Under the pieces are notes generated by a model. That model saw nothing but the letters and a program-made list of their open reading frames with translations, was not told where the DNA came from and made no database searches. This document shows, piece after piece, positions 58,801-64,000 of a stretch of DNA of 64,000 nucleotides (its first letter is position 1; each line of letters opens with the position of its first letter). The position numbers and the translations under genes were made by a program. The DNA is from an uncultured Verrucomicrobiae bacterium (GTDB taxonomy: Bacteria; Verrucomicrobiota; Verrucomicrobiia; Limisphaerales; Palsa-1400), in assembly GCA_963764165.1 (NCBI GenBank), contig CAVXRD010000001.1, positions 1,024,001 through 1,088,000 on the forward strand. The letters are read 5' to 3'.

Positions 58801-59364
58801 CCCGCCAAACCCGCCGCCGCCTCTGGCCCCCAGCCCGTCCCCGGCGTCATGGTTTACGTCCGCACCGCCGACGGCAACGATGCGCTCGCTTGGGCGGACG
58901 ATGAAGGCCGCACCGTCACCGAAAGCCAGCACGAAATCTTGCGTGCCGCCGCGTGCGAACCGGCCACCCCGGCGCTCCCGCGCCTAATCAATCACCATCC
59001 GCTCGTCCAAAAAGCCGTCAGCACCATCCAAACCGAACACATCACCACCGGCGGCCAGCTTGGCAAACCTTCCAGCGCCCGCCGCCGGGTCTATGAGCGG
59101 CTTAAAGATTATGCCGCCCAGGTCAAAGACAGCCTGTTTGACATCAAACCGCTTCATCAGGCCATTGATGAAATTTACGAGGCCCCGCTCACCGAATCCG
59201 CCCGCGATCTCCTTAACCGCGAACTCCGCACTGGCGTCAGCGATGAAAAACTTTTTGAACTCGTCCTTTCGCTCCATGAGGAAGACCGGCTTTGCATCCC
59301 GAAAGACGATGCCGAAGCCCGCGAACCCAAAATCATTTGCTCCCTTGGCATCCGTAAAGATTAA
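55882..59364 (+). CDS. PLD-family nuclease domain fused to an SNF2-type SF2 helicase
   Basis: VGYF, LHAKLY...GSSNLT..GL..QGELN (PLD); GDVVGLGKT, IIDESH, LSATP, IFSQFADT, TDVLSEGQNLQ, QRAGRVDRIG; CPKC-x10-CPKC insertion. Confidence 0.9.
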   Translation: MPRIFDNIEADLLPALAQTLCVSERADFCVGYFNLRGWKAIDTLIDQWVGGEGAQCRLIVGMQRLAQDELRQAYSLLPEEEEISQKAVIRLKRRLAEEFRAQLTFGAPTDADEAGLRRLSAQLKAGKVVVKLFLRHTLHAKLYLCFRPDPNNPITGFLGSSNLTLSGLSHQGELNVDVLDQDATDKLAKWFKDRWDDRWCVDITQELIQVIDESWARPECPPPYQIYVKMAYHLAEEARAGLSEFSIPSDMRGTLLEFQSAAVRIAARHLEKRGGVILGDVVGLGKTLMATALARVFQDPPRSLETLILCPKNLVGMWKDYAHRYRLIAEVVSVTQAQNSLPDLRRYRVVIIDESHNLRNREGRRWAAVRDYLARNASKVILLSATPYNKAYLDLANQLRLFINPDDAVGIRPEEYLRRDCDGRPDEFTRRHQCAVNCLSAFEKSGHADDWRELMRLFMVRRTRSFVERNYAFTECPKCFTVLLPTQEKCPKCDRAKVKEDRRFLILEGGSRFHFPKRQPKTLAFKIRDSDQADQYARLYSDKVVDTVRMLHLPRYGLANYLKPTLDVPPSQDEAEMMDNLSRAGKRLIGFCRTNLFKRLESSGHAFLLSVRRHILRNYIFLHALEKGLHLPIGTQDSALFDTRTEDHDSDSNMFGADDAAAAKPTEITAQNLAEFAQAGAAGYQTLKTDHARNFDWLRSDVFVEDLSQHLQQDAQRLFSILELAGQWQPDQDNKLAELHKLLTKKHPSQKILIFSQFADTVSYLAEQLQERGIKHMAGVTGDTESPSNYARRFSPESNKARDKGSPHYVSPAEELRVLVATDVLSEGQNLQDAAIVVNFDLPWAIIRLIQRAGRVDRIGQKAEEILCYSFVPAEGVERLIRLRMRVRQRLQENAEVVGTDETFFEDEKHDTVIRDLFTEKSGVLDDPTDDEVDLASLAYQIWKNACDTDPTLKKIIPDLPGVVFSTKALSAIPAKPAAASGPQPVPGVMVYVRTADGNDALAWADDEGRTVTESQHEILRAAACEPATPALPRLINHHPLVQKAVSTIQTEHITTGGQLGKPSSARRRVYERLKDYAAQVKDSLFDIKPLHQAIDEIYEAPLTESARDLLNRELRTGVSDEKLFELVLSLHEEDRLCIPKDDAEAREPKIICSLGIRKD

Positions 59365-59367
59365 CCT

Positions 59368-62300
59368 ATGCCCCTCGACTTCCAACGCGCCCGCCCCCTC
59401 CTGCAAAACGGGAATCTCAGCAAGTTGTTTGTCGAGGAACTCGGCTGGGAACCCTGTCGTCAAAAACTCACGCTCCGGGCCGGTGAAACTGATTACGCTT
59501 TTACTGCCATCGCCGAAAAACGCGGCTTCACCGCCTGGCTATGCGCCAACGCCGACGGTAAATTGCCAGACCACACCACGCGGTTGAAACTTGACCGCGC
59601 CCTGACTCAGACCAGCTTTGAACATCTCATCGTTTTTCCCACCCGCGACGGCACCCAGCAATCGTGGATGTGGGTGCGCCGCAAAACAGGCAAGCCGCTC
59701 GCCGCCCGCACCCATGAGTTCAATCGCACGCAGCCCGGCGACTCGCTGCTCCAGAAGCTCCAGCACCTCTATATTTCACTCGAAGACGAAGAACGGGGCG
59801 ATGTTCATACCCTCACTCTTTCCGCCGGAGCACAGGCCGCGTTCGACATCGAGCGCGTCACAAAAAAATTCTACAAGGACTTCGATGCGCACCGCATCGC
59901 GTTCCTTAAATTCATTGACGGCATCGGCGAAGTGGCCGACCGCGAATGGTATGCCTCCGTCATGCTGAATCGCCTGATGTTCGTCTATTTCATCCAGCGC
60001 AAGGGCTTCCTCGATGGCGACCACGATTACCTTCGCAACCGTTTGGACCGTTGCAAAAGGGAACAGGGCAAAGACCAGTTCTACACCTTCTACCGTTATT
60101 TCTTGCTCCGGTTGTTCCGTGAAGGCTTCGGCAAACGCCGCAAGGACCGCGCACCTGACCTTGAAAAACTCATCGGCAACATCCCGTATCTCAATGGTGG
60201 CTTGTTCGACGTGCATGAGCTTGAGAAGCCGGAACGCTACGGCAAGGTCATCCAGATTCCCGACAAAGCTTTCGAGCGCATCTTTAATTATTTTGATCAA
60301 TACCAATGGCACTTGGATGAGCGCCCGCTCCGCGACGACAACGAGATCAATCCCGATGTTCTTGGCTACATCTTCGAGAAATACATCAACCAGAAACAAA
60401 TGGGAGCCTATTACAGCAAGGAGGACATCACCGAATACATCAGCAAAAATACCGTACTGCCTTTCCTCTTTGACGCCGCCCGCGCCAAGTGCAAGGTGGC
60501 TTTTGAAAATCCCAACGGCCCAACCGTCTGGGATTTGTTGCGCGAAAATCCTGATCGCTTCATTTATCCCGCCGTGCGCCATGGTACCGATAAAAAACTT
60601 CCGCCGGAAATCGCCGCCGGACTCGATACCACCAAGCCAAACCTGATCGAACGCCGCAAAGTGTGGAATAGACCCGCGCCCAGCGACTACGCCTTGCCTA
60701 CCGAAATCTGGCGTGAAGTCGTCGCCCGCCGACAGCGTTACGGGGAAGTCAGGCAGAAACTCGCCACCGGCCAAGTCCTGGAAGTGAACGACTTCATCAC
60801 CCTGAATCTTGATCTCCGCCAGTTCGCGCAGGATGTCATCCAGAATTGCGAAGGCCCGGATTTACTCATGGCCCTGTGGCAGCCCATCACCACCATCACC
60901 GTCCTTGACCCTACTGGCGGATCAGGCGCGTTCATCTTTGCCGCCCTCAATATACTTGAACCCCTTTACGAAGCCTGTCTGGACCGCATGGAGGCGTTTC
61001 TGGCGGAGTGGGGTGAGAACGGCAAAAAGACCCATCCAAATTATCACAAAAAATTTACCGAAGTCCTCGCCCGCGTTGACGCGCACCCCAACCGGCGCTA
61101 CTTCGTCCTCAAATCCATCATCATCAATAATCTCTACGCCGTGGACATCATGGAAGAGGCGGTGGAAATCTGCAAACTGCGCCTGTTCCTCAAGCTCGCC
61201 GCTCAGGTCGAGCCGGACGTTGGACGCGATAACCTCGGCATCGAACCGCTCCCGGACATTGACTTCAACATCCGCGCCGGCAACACACTCGTCGGTTATG
61301 CCACGGCGCAGGAAGTGCGCAAGTGCCTCACCTCGGAGAAGACGTCCGGCCACGACCAAATGCGCCTTGGTGTGCTGGGGGAAAAAGACGCCTACGCCAC
61401 CTTCGAGGACAAACTACAGATCGCCGACGCGGCATATCGCAGCTTCCGTCAGCAGCAGACCGAACTCGGTGGCATCGTCACGGCCCAGGATAAAGCCGAC
61501 TTAAAAACCAAACTCAAGACACTCGAAGACGAATTAAACTGCTATCTGGCGCGCGAATATGGTGTCAAAGTGAGCGACAAGCCCGCTTACTCCAACTGGC
61601 TGAAGTCCCACCAGCCGTTCCACTGGTTCATCCAGTTCTACAGCATTATCGCTCGCGGCGGCTTCGATGTCACCATCGGCAACCCACCGTACGTCGAATA
61701 CGGCACGAAGTTACAAAGCCAGTACCAGGTCAGGAACTACGCAACGCTGTCATGCGGCAACCTCCACGCTTTTTGCGCCGAAAGGAGCCTCTCGTTGACC
61801 TCACCGTCTGGTTGCGTCGGCCTCATTGTTCCACTCCCGTCCATCAACACAGATCGAATGGCTGCGCTACAGTCGCTCGTGAAACCAAACACGGGGGCCA
61901 AGGGAAGAAGTCTCTGGGTGTCCGCTTTCGACGAGCGTCCAAGCAATCTATTCAGCGGCGTGGACCAAAGACTGGTCATCGAGATCTTCGGTGCGGAAGC
62001 GCAACCACCCACCCTCGCCACAACTGGGATAAATCGGTGGGCCTCCAAGACCCGCGACAATCTCTTCCCGACCATCGCCTACTCACTTCAAGACAACGAG
62101 TCCATAGGCCGAACACGTACCATCCTCAAACTCAAGAACGTAGCCATCGAAACCTCCCTTCTCAGGAAACTCTACTCAAATGACCCCATCGAACACTTCC
62201 GCTCCACGCTGCCCACCAAGAACCTAGTCGCATACCGCACAGCAGGTGGAAGATACTGGAAAGTCGCACTGGACACTCCCTTCGACTCTGAGGCTGTTAG

Positions 62301-62718
62301 CGGCAAGGTGGCATATCTACAGGGTATTTCTGGCAGACAAGCTGTTGCCCTAATCAGCAGCTCCACGTTCTGGTGGTACTACTCCTCCCACTTCGACATG
62401 TACAACCTCAAGGACTACATGATATTTGGTTTTCGATTCTCAAGCGCCTCCCAAAGCATCCTCGCCGACCTGGACAAGATTGCTGGGAAACTCGTGAAAT
62501 CCATCGAACATAACGCGGAGGTTCAAACAATGCAGTCGCAAACCCGCGGGGCCGTTGAGCAGAAGATATATAAAGCCGGTAAGTCCAAGCCCATAATCGA
62601 CGAAATCGACACAGTGCTTGCGGAGCACTATGGGTTCACAGAGGAGGAATTGGACTTCATCGTGAATTACGACATCAAATACCGCCTTGGCCGCGACACC
62701 GAAACCGAGGAGGAGTGA
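59368..62718 (+). CDS. Large N6-adenine DNA methyltransferase (Eco57I/type IIG-like) with target-recognition region
   Basis: IPYLNGGLF, LGYIFEK, GAYYS, LDPTGGSGAF (motif I), GNTLVG, GFDVTIGNPPY (motif IV), IDEID...YGFTEEE C-terminus. Confidence 0.92.
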   Translation: MPLDFQRARPLLQNGNLSKLFVEELGWEPCRQKLTLRAGETDYAFTAIAEKRGFTAWLCANADGKLPDHTTRLKLDRALTQTSFEHLIVFPTRDGTQQSWMWVRRKTGKPLAARTHEFNRTQPGDSLLQKLQHLYISLEDEERGDVHTLTLSAGAQAAFDIERVTKKFYKDFDAHRIAFLKFIDGIGEVADREWYASVMLNRLMFVYFIQRKGFLDGDHDYLRNRLDRCKREQGKDQFYTFYRYFLLRLFREGFGKRRKDRAPDLEKLIGNIPYLNGGLFDVHELEKPERYGKVIQIPDKAFERIFNYFDQYQWHLDERPLRDDNEINPDVLGYIFEKYINQKQMGAYYSKEDITEYISKNTVLPFLFDAARAKCKVAFENPNGPTVWDLLRENPDRFIYPAVRHGTDKKLPPEIAAGLDTTKPNLIERRKVWNRPAPSDYALPTEIWREVVARRQRYGEVRQKLATGQVLEVNDFITLNLDLRQFAQDVIQNCEGPDLLMALWQPITTITVLDPTGGSGAFIFAALNILEPLYEACLDRMEAFLAEWGENGKKTHPNYHKKFTEVLARVDAHPNRRYFVLKSIIINNLYAVDIMEEAVEICKLRLFLKLAAQVEPDVGRDNLGIEPLPDIDFNIRAGNTLVGYATAQEVRKCLTSEKTSGHDQMRLGVLGEKDAYATFEDKLQIADAAYRSFRQQQTELGGIVTAQDKADLKTKLKTLEDELNCYLAREYGVKVSDKPAYSNWLKSHQPFHWFIQFYSIIARGGFDVTIGNPPYVEYGTKLQSQYQVRNYATLSCGNLHAFCAERSLSLTSPSGCVGLIVPLPSINTDRMAALQSLVKPNTGAKGRSLWVSAFDERPSNLFSGVDQRLVIEIFGAEAQPPTLATTGINRWASKTRDNLFPTIAYSLQDNESIGRTRTILKLKNVAIETSLLRKLYSNDPIEHFRSTLPTKNLVAYRTAGGRYWKVALDTPFDSEAVSGKVAYLQGISGRQAVALISSSTFWWYYSSHFDMYNLKDYMIFGFRFSSASQSILADLDKIAGKLVKSIEHNAEVQTMQSQTRGAVEQKIYKAGKSKPIIDEIDTVLAEHYGFTEEELDFIVNYDIKYRLGRDTETEEE

Positions 62719-63260
62719 TCGGAATCACCATGACCCCAACGGTCCTCCATGCCAGCAGCCCGCTTTACCCGGCGCGTTTGCGCGGGAAGCTGGGCGATGA
62801 TGCTCCACCGCAACTGTCTGCCTTTGGAAATCTGGATTTGCTCGCCCTGCCCAAAACCGCGCTGTTCTGTTCCGCCCGCTGCCCCGGCAAAGCCATCCTC
62901 ACCACCTACGACCAAGCTGCCCGGTGGCGCGACTTTGGCCGCTGCGTCATCAGCGGTTTTCATTCGCCGGTGGAAAAGGAGTGTCTCAGCATCCTTTTGC
63001 GCGGAAGCCAGCCGGTCATTATCTGTCCGGCCCGCAGTCTTGAGAACATGCGCCTTCCTCCCGACTGGAAGCAGCCGCTCTCCGACGGTCGGCTCTTGAT
63101 TCTCTCCTGTTTCGTCGAACGCAACCGCCGTGTTACCGCAAGTCTCGCCGTCCGCCGAAACGAGTTCGTCGCCGCTCTGGCGGATGAAGTCTGGTTTGCT
63201 CACATCGCACCCGGCGGCGAAATGCAATGCCTGGCTCATAAAATTGCTGCGCAAGATTGA
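62715..63260 (+). CDS. Short DprA/SLOG-like protein
   Basis: YPARL...GNLDLL, ALFCS, VISGFHSPVEK, RRN...ALAD; overlaps the MTase stop (GTGA). Confidence 0.8.
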   Translation: MIGITMTPTVLHASSPLYPARLRGKLGDDAPPQLSAFGNLDLLALPKTALFCSARCPGKAILTTYDQAARWRDFGRCVISGFHSPVEKECLSILLRGSQPVIICPARSLENMRLPPDWKQPLSDGRLLILSCFVERNRRVTASLAVRRNEFVAALADEVWFAHIAPGGEMQCLAHKIAAQD

Positions 63261-63270
63261 TTTGACTGTC

Positions 63271-63831
63271 ATGCAGATCATTCGCGCAGTGCCGGTGAGC
63301 GCCGATGATTACGTGGGCACAAGCTTCCATCAGGGTGTCGAGCCGCCATGTAAGTGCCCTCACTGTGACACGACGAATGCCCTCAAGGCGTTGGGGTATT
63401 ATTCCCGAAATGTCACCAGTCCAAAACGTGGCGTTCTGCGCATTTGTGTGCGGAGGTTTCGATGTTGTGAATGCGGTAAAACGGTCAGCATCCTTCCCTC
63501 ATTCGTCCAACCCTATCGGTTGGTTTTAAATCTCACAATAAACGAGTATTTTGGCGGAACACTCAACACCAACGCACTTTCATGGCTACCGCTTTTGAAA
63601 CGGTCCTGGAATCGCTTTTCAAACTGGCATCCACGGATTGACCGCATCATCAGGTCCGTCGTCTCGCGCTCGCCGCCTCATTCGGACGCTTCTGGATGGT
63701 GGAAGGTCATGGCCGCAACTTTGGGCGACCTTGAAAAAATTACAACGGTGCTTGTGGACCGATTTGGCGTCACCCTGTTCGGTCGCTATCGTTGCCACTC
63801 GCCGTTCTCCAACGGCCCGCCACCGAACTGA
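63271..63831 (+). CDS. DUF6431-like zinc-ribbon protein
   Basis: CPHC.....GYYSR.......RRFRCCECGKTVSILPSFVQPY. Confidence 0.7.
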   Translation: MQIIRAVPVSADDYVGTSFHQGVEPPCKCPHCDTTNALKALGYYSRNVTSPKRGVLRICVRRFRCCECGKTVSILPSFVQPYRLVLNLTINEYFGGTLNTNALSWLPLLKRSWNRFSNWHPRIDRIIRSVVSRSPPHSDASGWWKVMAATLGDLEKITTVLVDRFGVTLFGRYRCHSPFSNGPPPN

Positions 63832-64000
63832 CGTGGCTCCACACAACTTATGTATTTCACTGAAAGCCAACGCGTGGAAATCTTTGCGCGCAAATGAAAA
63901 TGGTCTCTGAATTAGCTTTGAGCGATAAACGGCGCACCTCCAAGGACGTCGATCTTAATTTCAAGTCACGGGAAATCCGCAATTGTGCAGTCCGCACTTG

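Larger units (their letters stand above)
46427..64000. mobile_element. Integrative mobilizable element / genomic island at tRNA-Pro (distal end not seen in the window)
   Basis: Integrase 100 bp from the tRNA, excisionase-like HTH, MOBF relaxase, ParA-like pair and defence-type cargo; no T4SS genes. Confidence 0.85.

Noticed and set aside
46427..64000. Self-transmissible ICE or prophage
   Set aside because: No T4SS, coupling protein or phage structural genes in the window.

Overview
GC-rich bacterial chromosomal window, most likely Verrucomicrobiota (inferred from the C-terminal 'STNL..W...FYR' export-type domains, the rpiB-glyA fusion and the REP families). Bases 1-46 kb hold mostly core and accessory genes: xerD (partial), purC, pyrF, a DPM1-like GT2, topB, an MBL hydrolase, a triple LMW-phosphatase-RpiB-GlyA fusion, rho, an MFS, a TMTC-like TPR protein, a complete pqqABCDE cluster, an AlkB-like dioxygenase, a membrane ECF sigma and DUF885. 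The pqq cluster includes a Cys-rich PqqA missed by the ORF track and a pqqB that appears to start at ATT. This part also contains an ISKra4/ISLre2-type IS with a 9-bp TSD splitting a lipoprotein gene, a minor-pilin operon ending in a membrane-anchored DUF4357 protein, a 1757-aa secreted protein with a C-terminal lipase-like domain plus a partner gene, and nested REP palindromes with a 140-bp MITE. From tRNA-Pro(TGG) at 46.35 kb to the window end lies an integrative mobilizable element, on the 5' side of the tRNA. It encodes a tyrosine integrase, an excisionase-like HTH, a MOBF relaxase-helicase and a divergent StbA/StbB-like pair. Its cargo looks defensive: DUF4062-HATPase-wHTH, a helically phased AATCGT box array, then a PLD-nuclease/SNF2 helicase, an N6-adenine MTase, a DprA/SLOG-like protein and a DUF6431-like protein. 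All family assignments come from motif recognition by eye; no searches were run.
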